From an uncultured Chloroflexota bacterium (GTDB taxonomy: Bacteria; Chloroflexota; Limnocylindria; P2-11E), in assembly GCA_964609145.1 (NCBI GenBank), contig CAZSRI010000004.1, positions 1 to 60,168 of the forward strand: a stretch of DNA of 60,168 nucleotides, given 5' to 3'. The position numbers and the translations under genes were made by a program. Each line of letters starts with the position of its first letter. Positions within the stretch are counted from its first letter, which is position 1. The notes under the pieces were generated by a model. That model did no database searches. It saw nothing but the letters and a program-made list of their open reading frames with translations, and was not told the origin of the DNA. Positions 1-9,175 of this stretch are shown in pieces.

Positions 1-1188
1 GTACATGACCTGGTCCATGTTCTCGGGGTCGATGTCCTCGTCGACGAGGATCACGGTCTTCAAGCCGTAGTTGCCCGTGACCGTCGCGAACGCGGCGAGC
101 CCGACCTGCGTCGAGTGGCCGTGGTACATCTGCCGGAGCTGGATGATCGCGAGCATCCGCCCGGCGGCGGCGGGCGGACCGTACACGCCCAGGATGCCGG
201 GGATCTTCATGTTCTGGAGGTCGTTCCAGAGCGACGCGGTGCGGTTGATCCCCATGATCATGTGCGTGTCGGTGATCGGCATTCCCACGGTCGTCGACCA
301 CAGGATCGGCTCGCGCCGGCGGGTGATGCACTTCACGCGGATGTACTCGCGCTGCACCGCTCCCGCGCCGGTGTAATAGCCGGGGTACTCGCCGAAGGGT
401 CCCTCCGGCAGGAGCTCGCCGGGGACGATCTCGCCTTCGACGACGATCTCCGCGTCGGCGGGCACGAGAAGGTCGCTCGTTTCGGCGCGCACCACGGGGA
501 CCGGGGCGTCCCGCAGCGCGCCGACGACGTCGTACTCGCTCTCGGTGAGCGGGAAGAGCGTGCTCGAGCACAGGAAGAGGAGCGGATCGCCGCCGATGAC
601 GAGCGCGACCGGCATCGGCTTCCTCGCCGCGGCGTAGCCGCGCAGGTCGATCTCGGCATCCTTCGCCTTGATGATCTGGATCCCCGCCCGCTGGCCGTCG
701 ATGATCATGACGCGGTAGGTACCGAGGTTCAGCCGCTCGGTCTCGAGGTTGCGGCTCACGAGGTAGGCGGCCGTCCCGATGTAGCGGCCGCCGTCCTTCG
801 GGTAGAACCACGGCGCCGGGAGCGACCGCAGATCGGCGTCGGCACCGTTCTGCACGACCTCCTTGCACGGCGCCGAGCGGACCTCGACCGGCGGGATGCG
901 CTTGTCCTTGATCCGCTGCACCCAGCTTCGAGCGATCTCGAGGAAGCGGGTCTCCGGGGGCAGGTCGAGCGCGAGGGCGACCCGCTCTTTCGAGGTGAAC
1001 GCGCTCGTGAGGACGGACATCCCGGGGTAGTCCTTGACGTCCTCGAACAGGAGCGCGGGCCCGGCCTGCTGCTCGTTCACCTTCGCGACGTGGGCGAGCT
1101 CGAGGTTCCAGTCGACCTCGCGTCGTACGCGCCGCAGGTGACCGTCCCGCTCCAGCCGCGCGATGAACTCGCTGAGGTCTCGATGCAT
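1..1188 (-). CDS. UbiD-family (prenyl-FMN dependent) aromatic acid decarboxylase, partial (C-terminus lies beyond the window edge)
   Basis: Absent from the ORF track because it runs off the edge. The reverse strand is open for 396 codons, from ATG (complement of 1186-1188; GGAGG 6 nt upstream) to position 1. Translation: MHRDLSEFIARLERDGHLRRVRREVDWNLELAHVAK...GPFGEYPGYYTG...ILVDEDIDPENMDQVMY, typical of UbiD-family enzymes. Confidence 0.85.
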   Translation of the reverse strand, partial: MHRDLSEFIARLERDGHLRRVRREVDWNLELAHVAKVNEQQAGPALLFEDVKDYPGMSVLTSAFTSKERVALALDLPPETRFLEIARSWVQRIKDKRIPPVEVRSAPCKEVVQNGADADLRSLPAPWFYPKDGGRYIGTAAYLVSRNLETERLNLGTYRVMIIDGQRAGIQIIKAKDAEIDLRGYAAARKPMPVALVIGGDPLLFLCSSTLFPLTESEYDVVGALRDAPVPVVRAETSDLLVPADAEIVVEGEIVPGELLPEGPFGEYPGYYTGAGAVQREYIRVKCITRRREPILWSTTVGMPITDTHMIMGINRTASLWNDLQNMKIPGILGVYGPPAAAGRMLAIIQLRQMYHGHSTQVGLAAFATVTGNYGLKTVILVDEDIDPENMDQVMY

Positions 1189-1230
1189 CTCGTTCCTCCC
1201 CGGGTCGAACGACCCGTTCACGCGAGGCGT

Positions 1231-2049
1231 CTACAGCGTGGGCGCCTCCCGGCCGACGTACCCGAGCGCCGCGGACATCCGCGCCGCCGCGTCGCGCAGC
1301 TTCGGTAGGAGCTCGGAGACCAGCTGGTCGACGCTCACGCGCGCGGTCAGCGTCGAGACGTTCACGGCCGCGACGACGGCGCCCGTCGCGTCACGGATCG
1401 GCGCGGCGACGGATCGGACGCCGAGCTCGAGCTCCTGGTCCGTCATCGCCCAGCCTGCGCGGCGGATCCGTTCGAGGTCGGCGCCGAGGCGCTCGAGCGT
1501 CGTTGCCGTCGTCGGCGTGTGCGGCTGCATGCGCACGCCGCGCATGAGGCCGCGCACTTCGCCCCACGGCCGGAACGCGAGCAGGACCTTGCCCATCGAC
1601 GTGCAGTACGCGGGCAATCGCGCGCCGGCGAAGAGCTGGATCTGTGTGAGGGTGCGGTCCGCGCGCCGCGCGACGTACACGATGTCCGCGCCGTCGAGGA
1701 CGGCCATGTGCACCGGACCACCCGTCTCCCGGAAGAGCTGCTCGAGCGCGGGCTGGGTGCGGTCCGCGAGGCCGAGGCTGCTGAGGCACGTGAATCCGAG
1801 CTCGAGGACCTTCAGGCCGGGGCGGTACCGCTTCGTCGCCGGGTCCTGCTCGAGGTAGCCGAGCTCGACCAGCGTCGACGCGAACCGGAACGCCGTGCCC
1901 TTGTTCCACCCGGTGCGCGCCGCGATGTCGCGGAGGCTCAGCGTCGGGGTGTCGCGGTCGAATGCGGCGAGCACCGCGAGCCCGCGGGCGAGGGAGCGCA
2001 CCGTGTACCTTCGGGCCACCGTCTCACGTAGTGAAACCGGGTTAGACAC
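1231..2049 (-). CDS. IclR-family transcriptional regulator
   Basis: 272-aa ORF. N-terminal wHTH (LARGLAVLAAF...LSLRDIAARTGWNKGTAFRFASTLVELGYL) and C-terminal IclR effector domain (YCTSMGKVLLAF, ELELGVRSVAAPI). Confidence 0.85.
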   Translation of the reverse strand: MSNPVSLRETVARRYTVRSLARGLAVLAAFDRDTPTLSLRDIAARTGWNKGTAFRFASTLVELGYLEQDPATKRYRPGLKVLELGFTCLSSLGLADRTQPALEQLFRETGGPVHMAVLDGADIVYVARRADRTLTQIQLFAGARLPAYCTSMGKVLLAFRPWGEVRGLMRGVRMQPHTPTTATTLERLGADLERIRRAGWAMTDQELELGVRSVAAPIRDATGAVVAAVNVSTLTARVSVDQLVSELLPKLRDAAARMSAALGYVGREAPTL

Positions 2050-2143
2050 AGCGCAACGACTCTACTACGCGGGTGCCGGACCTCCGCCATAGGCCGAAGG
2101 GACTCGCGGATGGGCCGAACGGCCCACCTTGGGACCGCCGGGA

Positions 2144-3358
2144 TCAGCCCTCCGCGAGCTCCCGCACACGCTCCTCCGTGAGGACGCGGTCGCTCGCCTT
2201 CGCCGCCGCCATGATCCGGTCGATCCGCTCGCGCGTCGGCTCGTAGCCGCGCTGCTCGAGCCAGAAGACGACGTTCGACTCACCGCTCATCGGGCCGACC
2301 TCGATCCGCTGCTCGCGCCCGAGGACGCTCGCGGGGACGCCCGAATACACGCGATCCGCGAGCGCGCGGTCCTTCTTCCGGAACGCCTTCACGACCGCGG
2401 CCGCGTGGACGCCGGTCGCCGTCCGGAACGCGTCGGCGCCGAGCGCGGGGTAGTTCGGCGGCAGCGGCATCCCGCAGTGCTCGGACACGAGCGCGACGTA
2501 TTCGACGAGCGGCGCGAGGTCGCGCTCGATCGCGCCCTCGATGTAGAGGTTCACCAGGAGCTGGTCCATCGATGTGTTGCCGACGCGCTCGCCGATCCCG
2601 AGCGCGCAGCCGTGGACGCGGTCGGCGATCTCCGTCGCCGCGAGGGCGTTCGCGAGACCGAGGCCGCGGTCGTTGTGGCCGTGGTAGTCGATCTTCACGT
2701 CGCGCCCGCGGACGACCTCATCATGGATGAACGAGAGCAGGTTGCGGACGCCGTCGGGCGTCGCGTGGCCGACCGTGTCCGACGCGCAGATGCGCGTCGC
2801 GCCCGCGTCGATCGCGACCTCGTACAGGCGCAGGAGCGTGTCGGGGTCGGCGCGCGTCGTGTCCTCGGTGACGAACATCACGGGGAGGCGCTCCTTCACG
2901 AGCGCGTCGACAGAGGTCTCGACGTTCCGCAGCATCGTGCTGAGCGACCAGTCCTCCGCGTAGCGGCGGATCGGAGAGCTGCCGATGAACGCGCACGTCT
3001 CGATCGCGACGCCCGCATCCGCCGCGGCGCGGATGGCCGCGCCGACGTCGGAGGGATGCGTGCGCACGGCCTGGTTCGGCCGCAAGCGCAGCGTCGTCGT
3101 CTCGCGTGCGAGCTCGACGATCTCGGCGCGCGCGCGGTCGGACGCGCCGGGGAGGCCGATGTCGGCGCTGTCGATCCCGAGGTCGTCCATGAGGTGAAGG
3201 AGCCGCTTCTTCACCTCGGTCGGCGGGTTCCGCACCGAGGGCCCCTGCAGCCCGTCGCGGAGCGTCTCGTCGTCGAGCTCGACGGAGCGGATCCGCGACC
3301 GCGCGGCGCGGCCGTCGCGGTCCCAGTCGTAGACGAGCTGGTCGAGGTCGGCGCTCAT
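2144..3358 (-). CDS. HMGL-like DRE-TIM metallolyase (2-isopropylmalate/homocitrate synthase family), lacking a LeuA regulatory domain
   Basis: The internal ATG at 3358 of the 777-aa track ORF gives 404 aa. Motifs: DETLRDGLQ, DTVGHATP, HGHNDRGLGLANALAA. The start overlaps the stop of the upstream gene by 4 nt (ATGA). Confidence 0.8.
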   Translation of the reverse strand: MSADLDQLVYDWDRDGRAARSRIRSVELDDETLRDGLQGPSVRNPPTEVKKRLLHLMDDLGIDSADIGLPGASDRARAEIVELARETTTLRLRPNQAVRTHPSDVGAAIRAAADAGVAIETCAFIGSSPIRRYAEDWSLSTMLRNVETSVDALVKERLPVMFVTEDTTRADPDTLLRLYEVAIDAGATRICASDTVGHATPDGVRNLLSFIHDEVVRGRDVKIDYHGHNDRGLGLANALAATEIADRVHGCALGIGERVGNTSMDQLLVNLYIEGAIERDLAPLVEYVALVSEHCGMPLPPNYPALGADAFRTATGVHAAAVVKAFRKKDRALADRVYSGVPASVLGREQRIEVGPMSGESNVVFWLEQRGYEPTRERIDRIMAAAKASDRVLTEERVRELAEG

Positions 3359-4515
3359 GGCGACGCGCTCGCCGACGGCGTGGCGGACGGGGTCGGGCTC
3401 GGGGTCGGCGTCGGGATGCCCGTGCCGTAGCGCGGGTCGATCGCGAAGCCCACGTTCGCGCCGGTCCATCGCTCGTACGCGATGTCGTCGGGGTCGACGC
3501 CGCTGTGGGTCTGGGAGCTGAACGAGTACGTCGTCGCGATGAGCGGCATGGTGATCCGTTCGATGGCCGAGCGCAGTCCCGGCGGATCGCCGGCCTGTCG
3601 CGCCGCCGCCGCGAGGAGCGAGAGGGCGTCGGACGCGACCGCGGCGTGCACGCCGGCGACCTCCGCCGGGAGCGGGACCATCGAGCGCGGCCAGGGGAAG
3701 ACGGCGCGGGCCGCGAGGTCCTGCTCTCTGGCGACCTGCGACACGGCGGTCCGGTACGGCAGGTAGACGAGGGTCGGCGCGCTCGCCGCCGCCGCGTCGC
3801 GCGCGAGCGAAGCGCACGCCGCGAGCCGCGCGAGGCAGTGCACGCTCCGCAGGAGCGAGAGGTTCGAGCGCACGAGCGCCGGCACCGCGCCGTCGGCGCC
3901 GAGCGCGACCTGGCGAATGGGGTCCCGCCCGCGCCGCGCCACCTCGGCGGCGAGCGCTACGGCCATCGGATCGACCCGCGCGTCGCTGTCGACGAGGACG
4001 ACCGATGGCGCGAACGTGTCGCGCCGGGTCGCGTCGTCGACCTCCATGCGCGCGAGCACCGCGAGCGACGGAGCGAGCGCGAACGTCCAGTGGCCGCCGA
4101 CGCGCGCGGCGAGGTCCGGCTCGATCGGCTCGGTGAAGAGGACCGGACGCGCGGCGAGTTCGATCGCCGCGCCGAGCGGCTCGTCGTACGCGACCGGCAC
4201 GCCGACGATGACGGCATCGACCGGCTCCTCGACCGCCGCGCGTCGCAGCGCGAGGTAGAGCGCGGCCGTGCTCCCGGCGACGTCGACGGTCCGCACCTTC
4301 ACGGCCGGCGCGCCCGGCGGCGGGTGCGCCGTCCATGCGCTGAGCGCGTCGCGCTGCTCCGTCCCGATCGCCGCGTTCGGGCCGGAGAGGTCGAGGAGGG
4401 CGGCGACGCTCACGACGCCGGGCTCGAGCGTCGGCGATGGCGCCGGCGTGAGCGCGACCGGCGGCGGCGCGCCGCACGAGACGAGCAGGGTCGCGGCGAG
4501 GACGAGGGTGCGCAT
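3355..4515 (-). CDS. Lipoprotein, periplasmic-binding-protein type 1 (Leu/Ile/Val-binding-like) solute-binding protein
   Basis: Start MRTLVLAATLLVSCG (canonical lipobox L-V-S-C). LivJ-like core (VAALLDLSGPNAAIG...VDAVIVGVP). PT-rich C-terminal tail. 386 aa. Confidence 0.7.
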   Translation of the reverse strand: MRTLVLAATLLVSCGAPPPVALTPAPSPTLEPGVVSVAALLDLSGPNAAIGTEQRDALSAWTAHPPPGAPAVKVRTVDVAGSTAALYLALRRAAVEEPVDAVIVGVPVAYDEPLGAAIELAARPVLFTEPIEPDLAARVGGHWTFALAPSLAVLARMEVDDATRRDTFAPSVVLVDSDARVDPMAVALAAEVARRGRDPIRQVALGADGAVPALVRSNLSLLRSVHCLARLAACASLARDAAAASAPTLVYLPYRTAVSQVAREQDLAARAVFPWPRSMVPLPAEVAGVHAAVASDALSLLAAAARQAGDPPGLRSAIERITMPLIATTYSFSSQTHSGVDPDDIAYERWTGANVGFAIDPRYGTGIPTPTPSPTPSATPSASASP

Positions 4516-4525
4516 GGCGCCCGGA

Positions 4526-5578
4526 CTAAGCGCGCGTGCCGTCGGGGAGCGGGTGACCTTCCGCGTAGACGTGGCGCAGGAGGTCCTCGGGCCGCGGGTC
4601 CGGCTCCGCCTCGGCCTCCTCGATCGCGCGCTCGATGTCCGTTGAGATCTCAGCCCGCATCGTCTCGAGCTCGCCCTCGGCGGCACCCCGCTCGAGGAGG
4701 TACGCGCGCGCACGGTCGATCGGGTCGCGCGCGAGCCACTCCTTGAGCTCGTCCTTCGAGCGGTAGCGGCTGTCGTCGTCGTCGCTCGAGTGCGGCCGGT
4801 AGCGGTAGCACGTCGCCTCGACGATGCTCGGGCCCTCGCCGCGCCGCGCGCGGTCGACGGCCTCTTTCGTCTTCTCGTACACGTCGAGGACGTCCGTCCC
4901 GTCGGCGAGGAGGCCCGGGATGTTGTAGCCCTTCGCGCGCTCGTGCGGCAGCGCCGACATCTGGAGGCGGTTCGGCGTCGAGATCGCGTACAGGTTGTTC
5001 TCGATGAAGAAGACGACCGGGAGCTTGTGGATCGCCGCGAAGTTCACGGCTTCGTGGAAGTCGCCCGGGCTCGTCGAGCCGTCGCCGCCGTACGTGAAGA
5101 CGATCGCGTCCTCGCTCCGCATCTTGAGCGCGAGCGCGATGCCCACCGCCTGCGGGAACTGCGTGGCGATGCACACCGACCCCGTGACGATCTTCGCCTC
5201 GACGTCGCTGAACTGGTTCACGATCTGGCGTCCCGCCGAGTTCGGGTCCGTCGCCTTCGCGAACACGCCGAGGAACTGATCCTTCGCCGTCTGCCCGAGG
5301 GTGAGCGCGACGCCGACGTCGCGGTAGTAGGGGTGGACCCAATCGCGGCCGCGCCGGACGCACCACGCGGATCCGACCTCCGCCGCCTCCTGCCCGTCGG
5401 CGACGCCGACGAACGCCGCGCGGCCCATGCGGTTGAGCTGCATCATCCGCTCGCCGAGGAGCCGGCACTCGAGCATCTTCCGGTACATGCTCTTCACATC
5501 GTCGAGCGAGAGCCCGAGCGCCTCGTGACGGGGCGGCGCGGCCTTCGCGGGAGCGCCCGGACGCGCGCGGACCGCCAT
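4526..5578 (-). CDS. ThDP-dependent 2-oxoacid dehydrogenase E1 component, alpha subunit (orphan: no beta subunit adjacent)
   Basis: 350-aa ORF. ThDP motif GGDGSTSPGDFHEAVNFAAIHKLPVVFFIENNLYAIS. C-terminal RPHSSDDD and EWLARDPI, typical of BCKDH/PDH E1 alpha. Confidence 0.85.
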   Translation of the reverse strand: MAVRARPGAPAKAAPPRHEALGLSLDDVKSMYRKMLECRLLGERMMQLNRMGRAAFVGVADGQEAAEVGSAWCVRRGRDWVHPYYRDVGVALTLGQTAKDQFLGVFAKATDPNSAGRQIVNQFSDVEAKIVTGSVCIATQFPQAVGIALALKMRSEDAIVFTYGGDGSTSPGDFHEAVNFAAIHKLPVVFFIENNLYAISTPNRLQMSALPHERAKGYNIPGLLADGTDVLDVYEKTKEAVDRARRGEGPSIVEATCYRYRPHSSDDDDSRYRSKDELKEWLARDPIDRARAYLLERGAAEGELETMRAEISTDIERAIEEAEAEPDPRPEDLLRHVYAEGHPLPDGTRA

Positions 5579-5658
5579 CAGGCCGATGGTACGTCGGGGC
5601 GTTCTCCGGCCCGTGTCAGCGCTCTCGCGCGGCCTTTGAGCGCGGTCGCATCTCTATG

Positions 5659-5676
5659 ACTGACCGGTCGGTCAGT
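5659..5676. promoter_or_regulatory. Candidate TetR operator: inverted repeat ACTGACCG-GT-CGGTCAGT
   Basis: Perfect 8-bp arms with a 2-nt spacer. It lies in the 114-bp divergent region between the E1 alpha start (5578) and the TetR remnant start (5693). Confidence 0.4.
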
Positions 5677-5692
5677 TACCGGAAGGGGATGG

Positions 5693-6309
5693 ATGGCGCC
5701 GCGGCCCTCGGCAACGCAGCAGCGCACGGACCAGATCGTGAACGCCGCGACGAAGGGCTTCTCGCGGCTCGGCTTCAACAAGGCACGGATGGACGACATC
5801 GCCGGCGAGTCGCGCCTCAGCAAGGGCGCCGTCTACCTGTAATTCAAGAGCAAGGAACGACATCATGGCCGCGATCCTCCACCGCGCCTTCGCGGGCGAG
5901 ATGAAGGACCTGCGCGAGATGGCCGAGGCGGAGGGGCCCGTTCCCGAGCGCATCGTCGAGCTCGCGCGCCGGGCAGCGGCACAGTTCAAGCGGCTCGGGA
6001 TCTTCCTTCCCATCTGGTTCGAGTTCTACGTGATCGCCAGACGGCACCGCGGCGTCCGGCGGTTCCTGCAGGAGTACTTCGCGGAGTACCGCGACGCGCT
6101 CGCCGCGCTCATCCAGCAGGGCATCGACCGCACGACCTGAGTTCCGTCATCCCCAGGAGGCCGCGGTCTCGATCGTCGCGCTCTTCGAGGATCTCGCGCT
6201 GCTGTGGGCCATCGACCGCGACGCGGTGAGGATCGCGCAGGCCGCGGAGGCGTCGGCGCGGCTGCTCGTCGGCGGCCTGCGCGTCCGGACGGAGGAGGGG
6301 ACGAGATGA
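5693..6309 (+). pseudogene. TetR-family regulator, disrupted (one nonsense codon plus two frameshifts)
   Basis: Frame a: MAPRPSATQQRTDQIVNAATKGFSRLGFNKARMDDIAGESRLSKGAVYL, then TAA at 5840-5842 where TetRs have Tyr (YLYFKSKE). Homology resumes in the +1 frame (DIMAAILHRAF...QQGIDR, track ORF 5865-6140). It then moves to a third frame (EFRHPQEAAVSIVALFEDLALLWAIDRD...), ending at TGA 6307-6309. Confidence 0.7.
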
Positions 6310-6424
6310 GCGCGCTGCGGAGCTCGCCTTCGCTCGAGCGGTGTCGGCGGCGGCCGCGGAGGTCCGCTGCCTGGGGCGGCCGCTGAACACCGGTCGCGCT
6401 TGACCTCCGGTCATACTGCCGATC

Positions 6425-8872
6425 ATGCGGCGGCTGGCTTGGTCGGCCCTCGCCGCGCTCGTGGCCCTACCGATAGGCCCTGCCCTTGGCCCATCGAGAG
6501 CCGCCAGTTGCGGCACCGCCGGCACGCCGACCTCGACGATCTACTTGCCGAACGTCACCAAGACGCTCGGTGGACCGAGCGGCTGGGTAACGCCGTTCAT
6601 CGTCCAGAACGTCGGCAGCGCACCTACGACGTTGGAGATCTCGTACCACCGCTTCAGCGACGGCGCTCTGGTGACATGCCGCAGCGTGCCCGGCCTCCTG
6701 CCGGGCACCTCGTTCGCCGATGTCCCCAACAACGACGCCGACCTGCCCGACGGCTCGCAGTTCTCGGTGGTGGTCCGCTCGTTCGGCTCGCAGGCGGTCT
6801 CCGTGGTGAACGAGCATCAGGGAAGCGGCTCGCGCGCCGAGGCACTGTCGTACGTCGGGCTGGGCCAGGGCGCGACGACGGTGGGCCTGCCCTACGTCGC
6901 GAAGGCGGTATCAGGCTGGACGACGACGATCGTCATCCAGAACCTCGGCTCGGCGACCGCTGCGGTCGCCGCGGCGTTCGCTAGCGCCGATGGGAGCCGC
7001 ACGGCCAGCCTGGCGCGGACGATCGAGAGCGGCCGCTCGCAGTTCATCGATCCGTCGGCCGAGGAACGACTGGCGTCGGGCGTCGAGTACGCCGGCTTGG
7101 TCACCTCCACGCAGCCGATCGCTGTCGTGGTCAACGCCCACAACGACGCGCCGACCGCCGCGCAGCCGATGGGCTTCAGCTACAACGGCGTGGCGGCGGC
7201 CTCCGGGTCGCAGTACCTGCCGTACGTTGCGCGCAGCAGCGACGGGGGTCGCACGACGCGCGTGCTTGTCCAGAACGTGGGGTCTTCCGCCGCGACACCC
7301 ACGCTGTCCTTCCGTAGCTCGACAGGGACCCAAGTCAGCCTCGAGGCCCCGTCCGCGATCCGCCCGGGCCGGTCCTGGTCGTTCGATCCCCGGTACCTCG
7401 CTGACTGGAAGACCACCTGCCCGAGCGCGGGCAGCTCGGTGTGTGTCGCCGTCGGCCAGCACGGGCTCGTGGTGAGCGGCGGCAGCTTCGCCGTCCTGGG
7501 GATGACGCTGAGCACCGCGACCGCGATGGGGATGGTCGCCCAGCTGCCGGCGACCTCGCGTCTGTACCTGCCGAACATCACGCGCGCCCTCGGCGGCGCG
7601 AGCGGCTGGACGACGCCTATCGTGTTGCAGTCGGCGGGAGCCGCGAGCGCGGTCCTGCGCTGGTACCGCTTCGCCGACGGCACGCTCGCGGTGACGCAGT
7701 ACGTGCCCTACCTGGTGAGCGGCGGTACCGTGCGGATCGACCCGCGTGAGGTCTCCGGCCTCGAGGACGGCAGCCAGTACGCGGTCGTGGTCGACGCGGC
7801 GGGCGGCGCGGTCGCGGCCGTGCTCGAGCTCAACGACCTCGGCGGCGACGGCGCAATGGCCTACGAGGGCATCCCTGGGACTGGCAGCGTCTCGGTCGCT
7901 CCGATCCCCGGCGCCATCTCCGTTCACCCGCTCACCGCATCGGTGGACACCGCAGCGACTCTGCAGTTCACGGCAACGGTGACAGACGCTGCGGGGGTGG
8001 CTATGGTCGGCTTCCCGCTGACCTGGAACGTCAGTCCGTCGGCCCTCGGCACGATCAGCTCCGAAGGCCTCTTCACCGCCGGCAGCACGACCGGCTCGGG
8101 CACGGTGACCGCGACCCTGGCGAGCCTATCGGCATCGGCGAGCGTCACGGTCAGCGCGCCCGTAGTGGTCTACGCGCAGCAGAAGTCGGTGGATGGCTTC
8201 GTGATCAAGGCGAGTGCCAAGGTCAGGCCCGCCGCCCTCGATGAAGCGGCCAGACAGTTCGCGCTGCTTCTTCGCGGCGATCAGACCATCGTCGAGCGGA
8301 TGCGGTCGCGCGGCGTTGAAGTCGCGGTCATTGCGCAGAGCGAAGCTATCACCGATCTGCCAGAGTACGTCGCCTTCAGGGGCAAGAAGACCGCGGACGG
8401 ACGTCCTTACGAGATCCTGCGTGGTCTGGGCGGGCAGCCGTGCGTGGCCGCGGAAGAGAACCTTCTCGGTCTGCCCGGCGACCTGTACCCGGGCTACAGC
8501 CTGCTGCTCCACGAGTGCGGGCACACTGTGCGATCGGCCGGTTTCGACATCGGTCAGCGGGAGCGATGGCAGGCCATCTACGCCGCGGCGCGGGCCGCGG
8601 GCAGGTGGGCCGGTACCTACGCCGGGAGCAACGAGCTCGAGTTCTTCGCCGAGCTAACGGCCAGCTTCTTCGGTCTGAACTCGGAACTCAGAGACAACGT
8701 GAACGGTGTCTGGACCTCAATGAACGGTCCGACGAAGATCGCGACCCATGAGCCGGAAGCGTACCGCTTCCTTCTCGACGTGTACGGCGCGCCACCCCGC
8801 ACAGATAGCCTCGATGTGGTCTGGGCGCCTGTTGCGCCCGCAGGGACCACGTTCGCATGGATGCTGCCGTAG
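6425..8872 (+). CDS. Secreted multidomain protein: signal peptide, 4 tandem ~110-aa repeats of an unassigned module, Big_2-like Ig domain, C-terminal anthrax-lethal-factor (ATLF/M34)-like zincin domain
   Basis: 815-aa ORF. N-terminus MRRLAWSALAALVALPIGPALG. Repeats start at aa 38, 154, 263 and 379, each with (Y)LP(N/Y)V.....GW.T.I.(V/L)Q(N/S).G. The Big_2-like segment is aa ~497-577 (LQFTATVTDAAG...GTVTATL). HECGH is at aa 696-700 (nt 8510-8524), with SNELEFFAE 37 aa downstream, matching the HEFGH...NEAEFFAEAF layout of anthrax LF. Confidence 0.8.
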   Translation: MRRLAWSALAALVALPIGPALGPSRAASCGTAGTPTSTIYLPNVTKTLGGPSGWVTPFIVQNVGSAPTTLEISYHRFSDGALVTCRSVPGLLPGTSFADVPNNDADLPDGSQFSVVVRSFGSQAVSVVNEHQGSGSRAEALSYVGLGQGATTVGLPYVAKAVSGWTTTIVIQNLGSATAAVAAAFASADGSRTASLARTIESGRSQFIDPSAEERLASGVEYAGLVTSTQPIAVVVNAHNDAPTAAQPMGFSYNGVAAASGSQYLPYVARSSDGGRTTRVLVQNVGSSAATPTLSFRSSTGTQVSLEAPSAIRPGRSWSFDPRYLADWKTTCPSAGSSVCVAVGQHGLVVSGGSFAVLGMTLSTATAMGMVAQLPATSRLYLPNITRALGGASGWTTPIVLQSAGAASAVLRWYRFADGTLAVTQYVPYLVSGGTVRIDPREVSGLEDGSQYAVVVDAAGGAVAAVLELNDLGGDGAMAYEGIPGTGSVSVAPIPGAISVHPLTASVDTAATLQFTATVTDAAGVAMVGFPLTWNVSPSALGTISSEGLFTAGSTTGSGTVTATLASLSASASVTVSAPVVVYAQQKSVDGFVIKASAKVRPAALDEAARQFALLLRGDQTIVERMRSRGVEVAVIAQSEAITDLPEYVAFRGKKTADGRPYEILRGLGGQPCVAAEENLLGLPGDLYPGYSLLLHECGHTVRSAGFDIGQRERWQAIYAAARAAGRWAGTYAGSNELEFFAELTASFFGLNSELRDNVNGVWTSMNGPTKIATHEPEAYRFLLDVYGAPPRTDSLDVVWAPVAPAGTTFAWMLP

Positions 8873-9175
8873 GTGCGGAGCAGCAGTCTCATGCAGCGAC
8901 GCGTCACCCTACCTCCGTCGCATGTGAGTCCTCAAGGCGTGGCAGTCCGCGCTGAGCGGGATCGCACTCAGGATCTCCGCCCGTGGGAGTGTCGCGCACC
9001 TCGTTTCACCAGATCGCTGACCCCATCGCGCTCGTGCGTAGCCGGAGCCACGGTCCCGGGTGGGGACGGAGGACCGTTCCTGCCCCCGTCAGAACCCGGC
9101 GCGGATCTCCTTCATCTGGCTCCCAAACCAGGCCGGCGTTCGCACGATCGGTCGGCTAGGTCCCATAGGTTGAAG

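Noticed and set aside
4591-4615. gggtccggctccgcc inside the E1-alpha gene resembles part 1 of the hairpin repeat, and its translation contains AEPDP, like the antisense frame of the repeats.
   Set aside because: The similarity stops after 15 nt, and part 2 and the second hairpin arm are absent. The encoded EAEAEPDPRPEDLL is a normal conserved C-terminal segment of E1 alpha subunits, so this is coincidental.
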